Made by a program: the position numbers and the translations under genes. This document shows, piece by piece, positions 24,484 through 38,300 of a DNA stretch of 64,000 nucleotides. The DNA is taken from NCBI RefSeq assembly GCF_033153115.1, contig NW_026889751.1, positions 30,008,001-30,072,000 on the forward strand. Direction: 5' to 3'. Numbering within the stretch: the stretch's first letter is position 1; each line of letters starts with the position of its first letter. The notes below the pieces were generated by a model, which saw nothing but the letters and a program-made list of their open reading frames with translations, had not been told where the DNA came from and did no database searches. The DNA comes from Saccostrea echinata. Its lineage: Eukaryota.

Positions 24484-25750
24484 ATCAAATAATTCAGCAT
24501 TAAACATGGGGAAAAACTGTATGATTTAAACTTTTTAGGATCATTTAATAAATGATCAATTGTATTTGATAAGAGTTTGATACTTTTTTTTTTACAAAGC
24601 ATTTTTTTCTGAGCCATTTAATTTTCAAGCATGACAAAAATTTCACAAGAGTCAGACAAGCAGGGGGAAACTTCTTGTCAATGATTAATTTCTTAGATAA
24701 TGTTAACAGTTTTTTTTTAATTTGAAATTTTCTTACAATGATGAATTAGTGTTCAATATAGTAGGTCATGTTTATAAATGTTTATTTATTACAATGCAGA
24801 GGAATGCATTCAAGAGGAGGTAACTCTTACCCATTCAGGACACATGTCTTTTTACATTGATGTTTATGTCAGAGAGGAAATGTTAATGATCAATAAATTA
24901 TTTCAATCTTTTAAGAGCCTTAATGTTGTGTCTCAGATTTAGCACTGTAATGTTGAATATTTGTTGGAATATGTCTAAGTGTGACAATGATGACATCTTT
25001 AAAATAATTTGTCTCATTGGTGAATTAATTTCTTATATGTATACCAATGGAGTATACATACAAGAGTTAAAAAAGGCTTAAGAAGGAGTACTAATTTGAT
25101 GTACGTCATACATGGGGGTCTCATCATTTTGAAAAAGTAGGAAAATTAACAATTTTCTTAACAGTTGATAAATCCCTACCCCTACATTGAACTTAATAAT
25201 GCATACCTCGCAGGAACTATAATCAAATACAATGTTGATGTCAATTGCAAACAGTTTCTGAAAAATTAGACATTTTCAAAGAATCGCATCTTTTAGATTG
25301 ACCATTACAGTTTTTTTTTTTTTTGAAAGAATGAAATTTAAGTGTATAATATGTTACAGTATATATCAGACATTTTTCACATTCAAAGAGTTTATAATGT
25401 GGTATATTTTAATAAATATTGGAGGTATTCACTGAATAAAGATTTTCGACTGTTATTTTATTGTTTTTGAAAACAATAATAACAATTTCTGGTTATTATA
25501 ACTGCTGACAATACATTTGCTTTATAAGAGTTAAAGTTACATTTATATTTTTACAACAATTCACTTTGAGATTTAAATATTCCTATCACTACTTCATTTG
25601 ACGTGAGCTTCAGTTTGAGGTTGTTTGCAACTCTACAAAGTTCCCAAGATTTAATCTGTAAAGAAAGTTCTGAGAAAGCAGAAATATATAATTCAGTTAT
25701 GTTATTTACTGTAATCATCAATTATGTGACTCTAATTTGGCATCAGGATT

Positions 25751-27403
25751 TCATTGCAGGTATTTGATTTTCTTCACTTGGCTTTTTTTGTACTGAGCAA
25801 CAAACAGATTGTCATTGCTATCTATACACAATCCATAGGGATATTTCAGTCCACAGTTTATATAACGGATGAACTGTCCATCCTGGTCTATGATGTGGAC
25901 ACAGTCATTGTTATAATCAGCTGTAAGGATGTGACTCTGACTGTCTGTGGTGATTCCTACCGGATGGAAAGGTTTGTTCTTTGGAGCAGGAGTATGTCCA
26001 GTGTACCTGAATCTCAGCTTCCCGGCCTGACTGACCACAACTATTGCTCCAGCTATGTAGTCAGCCACACAGATATCCAGGTTCCTGTTCTCAGAAATGT
26101 ATTTAGTGTTATTGGTGAATGAATAAAATGGTAAGCCCTTAAAATCAAACTGAATGGTTTGTTTCTCTGTGGAGTCAGAGTAACGGACAACTTTGGACTG
26201 AGTGAAGTCATCGTTTTCCATTGAGACGAGGAGATCACCAGAGGAGGTACCACAAATACCACGAGGACTCCACTTCTGAAGTCTGATCACCTCTTCTATC
26301 TCTCCATTCTTCAAAACATTCACCGAATTATCACTGCAGTCGGCATAAACGAGCTCTTCACTGTCTGTCACTGCTATATCTGTCGGTGTGTTGCCTGACT
26401 TGGTTGTTATTTTAGTAAGTAGTGATCCCCGATTGATGCTGAAGAGTTTCATTGTTTTGCCGTATCCACTTGTCCAGATTTCTTCGTCATTCTGACAGGC
26501 TACGTTGCAGAGGTCCACATATCCCGAGTCAATGGTGGTGACGATCTCTGGTTCATCAAGCAGCTTTCTGACTTTTATGGGCTTCTGCATCTTCTTCAAG
26601 CTGTAGCCGTGTTCCTCTGATGTTGATGGAATAGACGACAATGTACCGAATAATTCCTCGTGGAACTTCTTCATATTGAATTTTGGCAAAGAAACAATGA
26701 TTTTGTGTGGGACTGTCCTGTAGTCTTCAATTCTAAAGACAGCGTCGAGAACCACAGATGAATCATCAGAGTCCAAGGTGGCTTGGATTGAGTTTATTTC
26801 ATCCTTGATGTCAGAAATCTTCTTGTTAACGTCATCCAAATGTTTCTGCAGGATTTGTAATTGCATATTTTTCAATTCATCAGCTTCAGTCTGCAGTTTA
26901 TTCATGAGTTTATCAATTTCTCTGTGCCACTCTTCTCCATGTTTTTTTATGGCTGTTGAGAGATCTCCATATTCCTTTTCTAACTGACTCATTCTGTTTT
27001 GTACATCAGAGGCAATGTGCTGGTAGGTTGGGAAAATGGATTCATTCAATTCCCTTTTTTCTTCAATCATCTTTTCTTTCTTTTCCTTTAGAAACTGTGC
27101 AGTTTGTAGTAATTTATGACCTAGATGTTGATCAGATGCAATGCAAGTGATGCAGACAGGAATGTCACATTTTGTACAGTACATTTCACATCGTTTTTTC
27201 TTGTGAGCTGTACACACAGGAGAGAGGGAGAGGGATTTTCTCGCCTGGAATTTGACAATTTTGTGATCAATGGATTCATCAGTTGAAACATGTTCTCCCA
27301 CACAGACTTTGCATAAGTTGACGATACAGGTATCGCAATGAACGTGTACCTCAGCAGTTTTACACAGATCACATCGAGTCACATCACCGGTGTGGGGATC
27401 CAT
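25751..27403 (-). CDS. RING-less TRIM-like B-box/coiled-coil/NHL protein, paralogue of 9568-11256, single coding exon
   Basis: 550-aa ORF collinear with the nested copy (both end QVKKIKYLQ*); acceptor TTTTTCAG just before the ATG; possible 5'UTR donor near 27623. Confidence 0.9.
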   Translation of the reverse strand: MDPHTGDVTRCDLCKTAEVHVHCDTCIVNLCKVCVGEHVSTDESIDHKIVKFQARKSLSLSPVCTAHKKKRCEMYCTKCDIPVCITCIASDQHLGHKLLQTAQFLKEKKEKMIEEKRELNESIFPTYQHIASDVQNRMSQLEKEYGDLSTAIKKHGEEWHREIDKLMNKLQTEADELKNMQLQILQKHLDDVNKKISDIKDEINSIQATLDSDDSSVVLDAVFRIEDYRTVPHKIIVSLPKFNMKKFHEELFGTLSSIPSTSEEHGYSLKKMQKPIKVRKLLDEPEIVTTIDSGYVDLCNVACQNDEEIWTSGYGKTMKLFSINRGSLLTKITTKSGNTPTDIAVTDSEELVYADCSDNSVNVLKNGEIEEVIRLQKWSPRGICGTSSGDLLVSMENDDFTQSKVVRYSDSTEKQTIQFDFKGLPFYSFTNNTKYISENRNLDICVADYIAGAIVVVSQAGKLRFRYTGHTPAPKNKPFHPVGITTDSQSHILTADYNNDCVHIIDQDGQFIRYINCGLKYPYGLCIDSNDNLFVAQYKKSQVKKIKYLQ

Positions 27404-29857
27404 TCTGAAAAAATGTAATGAAATATGGATAATTTAAGATGAGGTATTCATTGATAAACTACAGGGGGAATGTGGGAGTCCAGCTATTGGGTTTGTTTTC
27501 GATGTCATTTCCTGACAAACTTGGCATTGAAACAAACTTCGGTAAAACAAATTTAAAGCGTGTCTGAGCTTGAAAAATAATAATACGATATTGAGTGTAA
27601 ATATACATGATTTATGTTACTTACGTTCAAACCGATTTCGAGCTTGAATAACCTCTTGTTTCTATAGTTAAATTGACTTTAAATTTGTCTGTTATTTAAA
27701 TGTGGAGTCGGTAAATAAATCGGTTATTGTTTTAAATTTCTAATATCTATGAAACGTGATTGATTTAAGTTGTGAAATTTACAGGAAAGTCCTATCTTTA
27801 TATAAAGTAATAAAACAAATAGAAAGATCTTTTTAATTTTGGTTACCTGAACTTATAAAAAAATACGCCATATATGACTTTAAATGAAGGCATCATAGAG
27901 AAATCCAAGAGCACTTTCAGTTTTATATTTCATACACCCCCCCCCCCCCCCCACCACCACCACCACCACGACCACGGCCAACGAAATAATTATATATGAA
28001 TTTACTGAGACATAAAATTTTAGAGATTGCAGCTTCAATTCATAAAGCATATGTATACAATTTTTTTTCTTTTTCTAATTTCTTAGAGGGGGTCTGTTTT
28101 CCGGAGAAGGTGGGAATGGGGTGTCAAAGCCATTTTTAAACTTTCTAATTTTGTAAATTTTGGAAAACTTATTAAAAATCATAGAGGTTGGGTTTTGACC
28201 CTTTCGCGCCTCCACCTGCTGGATCTGTTCATGCATCGCCAGTTTTATTATTTAAAAAAAGTATTTGTAACAATACGCTAGATTATTAAAATTGTATAAA
28301 TTTAATTAATTTTTTTTAACATACTTGCCAAATTTATAATGGATACAGATTTAAAATCATTATTACATTACACGTAAATTTATAACAATTACACTATTCT
28401 CTGATTTTAATCATGCATTTAAAAAGAAAAAAAAAACGACAAAGACAGCCCTTTAAAAGACATAGAAGAAATGCATTCAGACTGCATACGTGCAGCTGTC
28501 TATAATCACTATTCATCTACCTTAGATTGGTGTAAATATACAAATAAGTAATTGTGAATTACCTGCTTTGGTTGCGGGTGTCCGCCCTGCCGACCAGATC
28601 CTTCCAGAGTATTCTACGTGTTCTACGCACTCTGATCCCTTGACACAAACACAGATGATATCGACTTTACGTGCAGTCAAGTGTTTCCTCTTCATAACTA
28701 TATTTAGCAAGATTAAAAAAAAGGTTTTTAATATTTTATTATCGTTTCTCTATTCTTTATTTCAACAAATTAGGAAAGCCAAACAGGCATGTAAAACGAA
28801 TTGGGGGGGGGGGGGGTTGCAGAAAAAGAGTCTTTTATTGTGTATGGAATTTTTATTCTAACATCGACTGCCTCCCTTTTTTGTGAAGTACCCTCGATTC
28901 CACGTAATTGTTTGGGTTGAAAAATGACCCCTCAATGCATAACTTTTTTTTACGAAAGTACAAATACAAATATTTATTGGCGCAAACACAATTACAATAA
29001 TTGGCAAAGGCACAACACATTATAAGAATCATCAATTGTTCATACATAAATAAATAATATTCTAGTATAGAAAGTAAGGCTATACATGTACATGTACATG
29101 TGACGTCTCCTTTTATCCCTGTCATCTTATTACAGATAACATGTACGAATATAAGATGTACATGTACTAACAACTCCATTTTAGAATTCCACATTTAAGA
29201 CTACTACAAACAAACTTATTTTTTAAAAATAATGAAAATAGATAATAGCACTATACTAGATTTTTGTTTATTAAAGTAAAATGAATAAGCTTATAACAAC
29301 CACACAAAGTTTAAATTTTTTTTTCGAGATTTCTCAGTAGTGTCCTAAACAGTGAATAAAAAAAAAATATAAGGGGAACGACAAGAAGTGAGAATTTTGT
29401 ATATATTATAGAAAATTTACAGTTTGTTAATATCTTAGGAATTTGATATTTGGATCATTTATGTATAGCCAGAATAAATTAAAATAAATTGAAATGTAAT
29501 CAGTATACCAATGCATCCAATATATATTTTTTGTTTGTAGCACATGGCCGTTGGAAACGGGGGGGGGGAGGGGGTTCCACCCCATAAATTTGCCGATCAA
29601 ATACTATAGAAATCAAAGCTACTTTATAGATGTGCCCCTCACTAATTACGTCTGATGACCTTGGTAGTGGCCACCCAATCTGAAAACGTTTGTCCCCCCC
29701 CCCTCCCCCACTAAAATTGCTTCTTATGGATCCTGTAACAGATGCCCTTAACTAAAATATTGTAATGCAATACTATATTAATAAGTTTAAAAAATATTTC
29801 TTCCGTGCATTACGCGGGATATAATCAAATTATTTAGAAAATGAAGTGTAATTGTAA

Positions 29858-31168
29858 ATAATCTCAAAATTTCAGTATATAGCTAGTATTCTTCCTAACC
29901 CTCCCGAGGAATATTTCAAACAAATCATGGAATAATTTATAATTTTATTTGGAATGCTAAAGATAGGGTAAAAAGGAATACCCTTATAGGAAAAGAGGAG
30001 GAGGGTGGTATTAATATCTTTGATGTTGAAACAAAGTTCCTCTCTGCAAAAGCCTCTTGGATTCCAAGAATTCTTAAATCCAACAATAGTTTAGTATCTT
30101 CTATAAAAAATATTCTTAGTAAAGAAAAATTAACTCTTGACTACTTACTCAAAACAAATCTGCAAGATATTAAAGATTATCCTTCCTTGTTTCTACAAAG
30201 TAGCACTGTGTGCATTCAATAAATGCAAAAAGCAAAACGATATGAAAAAAATGTCCGCAGATGAGTTCCTGTCATTACCTATTTGGAAAAACACATTATT
30301 TATGTATAAAAACAAGCCACGATTTTTATCAAACTGGATAAAATCAGGTGTGTTATACACAAAAGATCTTTTTGATATAAATGGACGATTACAAGGTATT
30401 TCATACTTTTTAGAAAAAATTTTAAATAACAGAAATATATTCTGTGAATATTTCATAATGAAATCAGTGTTTAACAAGTATTCTAAGATTTTTGAATGTA
30501 GAAAAGCTCAGCATGTCAACATTAAAAACTATCACTTTGCTTTATTTTATGGAGATATTTATTGTAATTTTGAGAGTCAGAAATCCTCCTTTTTCTACAA
30601 CATATTGAGTGCAAAGAGATTTCACCAACCTCTAACAGTAAAATTCTGGACTGACATATTTGATATTCCTAGATCAATATGGCCACAAATTTTTCATATG
30701 AAAATTACCAAATGTTTGATAGACAAATTGCTGATTTTAATTATAAATTGTTACATAAACTGCTAAATAATAATCTGAATGTTAGTAAATGGAATACTGA
30801 TGTGCATAGATTTTGTCACAAGTGTGGTGAAAGAGAAAATCTTTTATATAAGTGTAATGATTCTTCGAATATATGGAAAAAAGTAAGTGAATCATTGAAG
30901 TTCAATATTAGCTGGAAAAATATAGTAATTGTTTTTTTTTTTTTAAGAAACCCAGTTATCTGAAATGTTGAACATACTAATTTCTTATATAGCTCTGAAA
31001 ATATTTAAATATAAAATGAAATGTCATGTAAATTGTGAACCTTGTATTACCGAAAATTTGATAAAATTTGTAAAGAGCAATTTATTGATGTACTATAATA
31101 TTATAAAAATGTCATATAAAAATTTCAAACTAGCTGAAATGTGTATAAATGTTGAAAGAAATATATAA
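29858..31168 (+). mobile_element. Decayed L1/Tx1-like LINE ORF2 C-terminal fragment
   Basis: Frameshifted ISKFQYIASILP..FIWNAKDRVKRNTLIGKEEEGGINIFD..KASWIPRIL, PIWKN, and C-terminal zinc knuckle FNYKLLH..CHKCGERE..LLYKC..IWK. Confidence 0.75.
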
Positions 31169-32399
31169 TTCTTGGTTAATAGAGTATTTTTTTCTTCAGA
31201 TCAGCAACATTTTAAGAATACTGTAGGCATTCGGGATACATTATCTTAGTCTGAACTATGAAAACGTTCACATATGGGCTATATTCATTACCAAAAATTT
31301 TGAAAACTGGTCGGTTATCATTACCGCTTTTTTTCATTTCCGAAAGAATATAATACACGTATAACATGTATACCATTACTGAAAAAAATTATGCGTATAA
31401 ATATCAGACTTTGAAGTATTATTATGCAGAAATTAGGCAAAAAAGTTATCTACTGCATCATCCAAATATAGTAGTGACTGTTAAACTTTTTCGAAGCCTA
31501 GTTACTCCGGCATGGGTACAAGTAACCTCAATTAACTGATTTATGAATTCATATGTTGACGATTAAAAGCGTGTTAATCAGTTTTAAATCTATACTAATT
31601 TGCTATAGTTATTTTCCCTTTAGAGGCAACCTCCCCCCCCCCCCCCCCCCCACACACACACACTTTTTGATGTTTTAAGGTCGAGCACTGGCAAATTTCA
31701 GGATTCGGACAGTATATCTCCCCCCCCCCTTTTTTTTTTTTGCTTGTCAGTTTTGGGGGAAGTCCCCCCCCCCCCCCCCAACTTTTGAAACCGTTGCTAC
31801 GGGCCTGCAACCTGGCTGATTGAAGAGGTTTCGGAAACGCTTTGCATTGGCTAAATTAAATTTCGGTAATGATATATAAATACACTGTACGTATATACAT
31901 GCATTTTCAGTAATAAAAAGACGAAAGTGCATTATCGATTTTTAATGAAAAACTGCGACATATTGATTTTCTTTTTAAAAAAAATTCTCTTAATTCATTG
32001 TTTTTGATTAAAAGTTCGTCAGGGGCATAATTTCTAAGTTAACACTACGAAAATCCGCAACAGATGCGAAGAGGAAACCGAACAGACTTTTAAAAGGTAT
32101 GATCTACCCACATCTCACCTCGACGTCACGCCGTTTCTGTCTGGATTAGTCATGTGACTCTTTCGACGCTTTTCATACCTGTGTGGTGACACACTTATTA
32201 CGGGGTCAACAGGAAGTAAGACTAATTTGAAACGGGCAATGACTGTTGGGAACAATAAAAACTATTTCGTAGGTGTAGGATAGGTAAGAAAATCCAACGG
32301 CAGACTTCTAAAGAAAGAAAGTGCATTTTACCTGCACGATACCTGGATTACAGGTGTGAAAATTGAAATGTGACCATGACAAGGTAATAAACAGTAAAA

Positions 32400-35300
32400 A
32401 TGGCGACTGTTTACAATTTGAAATGGAGCCTTACCGTTGGAATAATTTTTTTGACAATTTCTCTGGCCTTAGGCCAGGCCCCAATCACACCCCCACCGGT
32501 GGGACCAAAGCCAGTCGTTGCGAATGGAATCGTTTACAATTTAGTTTATCTACATATGGCACCAGAAATATGCAAGGATCCCTATGTTCTAGAGAAAGTG
32601 AATTTTCAGTTTGGAGTTGTCATCAAGGAAGGCGAGAAAAAAGCTATTTTGAAAGCTGGTAGTCCCCACAAGATGGGAGGGAATATTGAGCTGGAGCCAA
32701 AGAGCTGTCTGTGGATAGAGCCTGGGACTGTATTCCATTTCGGCCCCGGATACGGCATGATCATCAACGGAACACTAATAGCAAGAGTAAGAATCAGTGC
32801 ATAGTGACGAAAGTTAATTAGATTTTCTTATGATGTTTTCAAAATTAACTGCTGCCAAGAAAGAATGATTCCAGATTAATTTTTTCATTTCCTATTTAGC
32901 ATTTAAGCCAATTTAGGATATTACTGACAATCTTAAACTTGATTTAAACAATGACAGTGTTTTCCGTTTTATTATTTTAGGGCAGTGATGAGGACGGTGG
33001 TAGGATTGTGATGACGAGAGATCCAGACAAGATCGATGCCTCCGAGTCGGCGTTTCCTGACGATGCCAGATTGGTGGATGGAAACACAACAAGGGACGGA
33101 CAACTACAGCTATCTTATCGCGGGCGATGGAGGGGAATCTGTACAAACTATGTAAAGTAAGTTTTACGTGAGATTAAGTGCTGTGGAGAAGTCTAGAATG
33201 CAATTAAATGTAATATATCTGGATTTTATAATGATTATATTAAAATCTTAAGAGAGGATATGATAGACTGATATTGCTACAGTCAAGCTTCTTTATCTCA
33301 AACAAGATGGAATCAAGAAAAATCTTTGAGAGTTTGAGTTACTGAATTTAAAATATCTAGAGAAAAGTGAAAGGGGGTTTCCTACTCACAGTGTCACTTG
33401 TTGAGATGACAACATTTTAGAGATATCGAATTTCAAATGTATGTGATGAAAGTCTGGTATCCAAGTTATACTGTACAGAGGGATCAGTAATTAACAATAT
33501 AATGAAATTCAGATTATTTTGCATAGAATAGCATATGTGTATAAACTGTCTATTGGAATTCTTATATTTGATTTAGTATTCAAACTTTGTATAGTAAGTT
33601 ATGATTCCTATATTTTCTATGTACATGTCAAAGAGAAAAGATTCTAAACCCAGTAATGTGTAAGTCTGACACCTGTGTCATATATTTAGCAAGGGGTGTG
33701 TCCCAAAATTTGTAACATCAGTCTAATTCCTAAGCTGTTCTTTAGGGAGGAACCATTATCTCATGCGGATGAATATATACTTCAGCTACTCTTTATTATA
33801 ACAAAATATACATGTATTAGTGTACGTCACTTTAATGGGAATTTTTTTATATAATACTATTCTAGGAAAATTGCGTTTTTCTTGTGTCAACCATAACTCT
33901 TTCATTGCTTTATCCATAACTATTGTAATTAATTTTTCTGAATTATAGTTATACCAAAATTGATGCCAATGTAACTTGCCGTCATCTGGGATTCTTGTGG
34001 GGAAATTTTACATATCACTCCTTTTCTCGGAACAAGACGGACTACATGCTGTTTGAGCGACCAAACTGTATCGGTACAGAGAACAGTCTGTTTGATTGTC
34101 CTGGCAAATCTAATATCCGAGTCGGTGCCAATATCTGTGGTGAGGAACTGTATTAGAACTACTCTTTTATTATGTATATATAGCATCAAACTATCTCTTT
34201 TCATCATTGAGCAAAAAATTTAAATCTTAAAGAATTTCATGTGGGGAAAACATTTCTTTATACCAACTTGAAGGTAAAAGTTACTGTTTAAAATGGATTT
34301 GTGGGTAGAATATTAGAACACTTCAATAAGTAGAACAAATGTATTATTAGCTACAGTGTATAATGAGCTTAAGAAAATTTCTCATGATGGGTGAGTGTAT
34401 GACACCAAGTTTTGTTAGATTGTGTGATCAGTTGAGAGGGGATACTTGTTTCAAGGGGTTTGTGTTTATGATTCAATTTAATTGTTTATGATTCAATTGT
34501 TCATATTAGGATTTATTAGACTGATCACTGTCCCTTAATTGTTATGTGATTATAAATTTGACTTGTCAATCACAGATGGGCAGCAGGTGATTGGCTTTGA
34601 GTGTGATGGACTCCGCCCAGATTTGGCCAAGACTCACTGGAGGGGACTGGAGTTTTACAATGCCACCGTCCAATTTGTCCGGGACCAGAACATAAACCGG
34701 ACAGAGACCTACTCCTGGTTGGAGTACCTAGATGTCTGGTATGCGGGACGTGACACTTATCATTTGGACGGAATGCTGAAGGGTCGAGCTTCAATATCTG
34801 CTAGTCCCCACGTTCCTCTGATGAATAACGTGTCTATCATGTACGGAGCATATGATGGGCTAAACTTAACGGAGTTGAGGGGACGTGTCCACATCGCTAA
34901 TAGTACAGTGTCATTCAATCGAGGTAAGGACTCGAGGCACACTTGGCTTACTGTTCAGGACCATTTTACAAATAAATCTACTTTGGACCTTCTCTCTTGG
35001 TTTTATATACATGTATGTATTTCTATCATAAAGATGTTTCATCACTTTAAAAAAATATATAACATACAATTTAATTCCAAATTTTGGTAAGAAAAAATAT
35101 ACACCTGTTTAATTGTGATGTGATATCATGTACTTTAAGAGCACTGATTTTATTTATTTTTTCATTCAAACATTCTTATTTTCATTATGATAGACCTGTT
35201 GAAAAACATGGAGATATATTGGATTGTCTGAGATATCAAATTAGAAACCCAATTGAATAATGAGGTCTGGGTTGTCTGATCACATTGAATCATACTGACC

Positions 35301-38300
35301 TTGACATACCTGTAGCTGGTGTACAACTTATTGATGTTTGAGATGCTTAAGCTCACCTACTTTCACTTTCCCTTTAGGTTATGGTGCGTTCATCCAGACA
35401 GCTGTGGGCCAGGTGTTAATTAACATGACCAACATGGACAATAACTGGGGAGATGGAGTCAAGATGTACCTGACTAATTACACTATCCATTCCTTCCAGA
35501 AAGACTACCCCACAGACCGCTCATTCTGCAGAAGTAACGCCCTCGCCTTCCCACGATTCCCCATCACGGAGTACGAGAACATTATCAATGAAAGGGGAGA
35601 TAAACCAGCATTTGATGGACAAGACTGTAAAAAGGTACGGAACACTTACACTGAACAAGAACTCCTACTGGGTAGGGCTGTCACGAGTACCCGAAATAAC
35701 CGAGAACCGCGGTCCAAGTTGTTCGGTTCGGTTCCGGTTCCATTTTTCTGGATTTCGGTTCGGGTCTGGTTTATATATTAGAGTCTGTTCAATATAAAAA
35801 ATGGCGTCGAAATCATAGGAATGATGGCGATAACAGTGATAAATAAACATCACAACTGAAATCTACTTCGTTCAATGACAAAACACTTGTCACGGAAGTA
35901 TTAGATAATTATCAAAACCAGCAGGAATGGTCAGGTTGTTGCTAATAGTAGGCCAAGTCACCGATGTCTAGACGTTCGCATGGTTAAGACTTGTTTTCAA
36001 TGTAAATTTAATGTAACAAATAAAAATTTTTCAATTATATTCATGAAATTATGGTTTAAAATAGATGTAAATACCCGACCCGAAAAACCTGAAACCGAAC
36101 CGAAAATTTACAGAACCGACCCGACCCGAAAAATTTTGGAACCGTGACAGCCCTACTACTGGGTCATACATTTGATTAAGTTTAATGACAATAATGGGCA
36201 TCAGGCCGAGGGGCCATAAAACTTAGATGAGCGCACCTCTGATCTCAGTCTCAGTTTTCCAGAATTAATTTTTTTAGTAAAATTGAAACTTGGAACAAAA
36301 AAGCGAGTTTTATGGACCCAGAGCCTGTACTGGGTTTGAAACCACATATCAGGGATGGGGTCAATTACTTTAAAAAGTAATTAATTAAATTACAATTACT
36401 TTGACTTTTTCTTCAATTAAATTACAATTAAATTACAGGCTTTCTAAGACATGTAATTAATTAAATTACAATTACTTTGCAAAAGTAATTAAATTACAAA
36501 TTACATTTTTTATTTTTTTGAAAAATTTTATTATCCTTTTCAATGAATATACAGAGCATAAGCTCAGCCTCTGCACAAACTTACAGTACAAAAAATAATA
36601 TGCTATAGGCATTGTGTGTCATTGTGGTTTGATTTATAACATTTATTTACAAAACAATAAGAATCTCTTAAAGAACTATCCGAGATCAGTTTGATGCAGT
36701 TTCCACCACACAAAACCTACATGTACACAAATTGCATGGCTTATGATATTTGATTAAAAGTGAGTATTTTAACAGAGTAAAATGAGTCGCAACTGTAACC
36801 CCTCAAATTAAATATTTCCTTTGAAGGTAACCTTAACATCTTAAATTGCTATTTATGTTGAACAATTTTACTTCATAAATCAGAATTGTACAGATAGAAA
36901 AATCATTCATAAAAATCTGTTTAGATGTTAAAATAATTATCAAATTGAAAGTTTTTTTTTTCTAAAGCTAGCGGAGCATTTTAAACTGAAATAATTATCT
37001 CCATTGGCTTTGTCTTCTAAATCATGGAATGAATATCTCTGTAGAGGTGTTGATTTGTTTTGATTGCAATTTAAAGCTGTGATCTGGAGGGCTATTATCT
37101 CTTCCCAACAAGAGAGAACTCTAACTTAATTAATGACACACACCTTCTTTTTCTTTATTATTGATCAAACAACAAAGATTGAAATACATGTGTAACAAAT
37201 GTGTGTTTCATAGCTGAATAGACCTAAGAAGTGTGGTTCAAAATTCATATTTATAAATAAAGATCAAAAAATTCAAAATTTACATAATGATTAGAAAGAA
37301 ACTAGTTTATTATTATCAAGCCAATCATTTAATTATTTATTTGTAAGCATTAACCTAAGATTTTGTTTAATTGAAGGATTGAGGATATGTTTAACAATAA
37401 AATAAAAACCAGTAAAATGGGGAGGTAGTGGTGATGATATATCATGAATATATCATGATTGAATGTGTTTTATATAAAGTAATTGAATGTAATAATTGAA
37501 AAAGTAATTGAAATTACATGGTATTTTTTCAGTGTAATTAATTAAATTACAATTACAAGTAATTGAAAAATGTTCAATTACAAATTACTTCCAATTACTT
37601 CAAAATATGTAATTAATTACAGTCAATTACAATTAATTTTTTCAATTACCCCATCCCTGCATGATATACTGTATTTGTTCAGTTTAATGACATGGGTTTA
37701 ATATATTTGTATAGACTAGAGCATAATGAGATCATATGACTCTTGCATTTTATGCCTGAACTAAAGCTGATCTGTTTGATTGGTCAGACATTATCATGAT
37801 TATTGGAAAAAAATAGCAACAATATATGTTGATACATAAAGGAATACATTTTGAACTAAATTCCATCTCAAAAATATTGCTTAATTGCTTAAGGAAAGGT
37901 GAGGAAGATGGGGAAAACTTTCGGAAAAAGGGGGGAAAAAAAGTAATTTTGGTATTGTTTCTTTGTTAATCCAACATTCAGGACCACAGGTTTCCATTTA
38001 TAGCAACTACATAAATATAAAGAGAATCATCCTTTTCAGAGTTATACGACAGTAGACAAGAGGAGACTGTCCCTCCACTTCTTTCTTATGGAGCGCGATG
38101 AGAAGGCAGAGGGAACAATAACGGTCTATGATGGAATCTCCACCAGTGATCGAGTCCTTGGGGTGTTTCCCGTTTCTAATGGATCATTCCCGCAATCTGT
38201 GACAACCTCAGGAAAAAGCATCACAATTCGGTTCCAGTATAAGCTTCCTCCAAAGCCAGCTAACCCTGGGGAACACCGCTGTAAGAAGTTTCGAGCCTGC

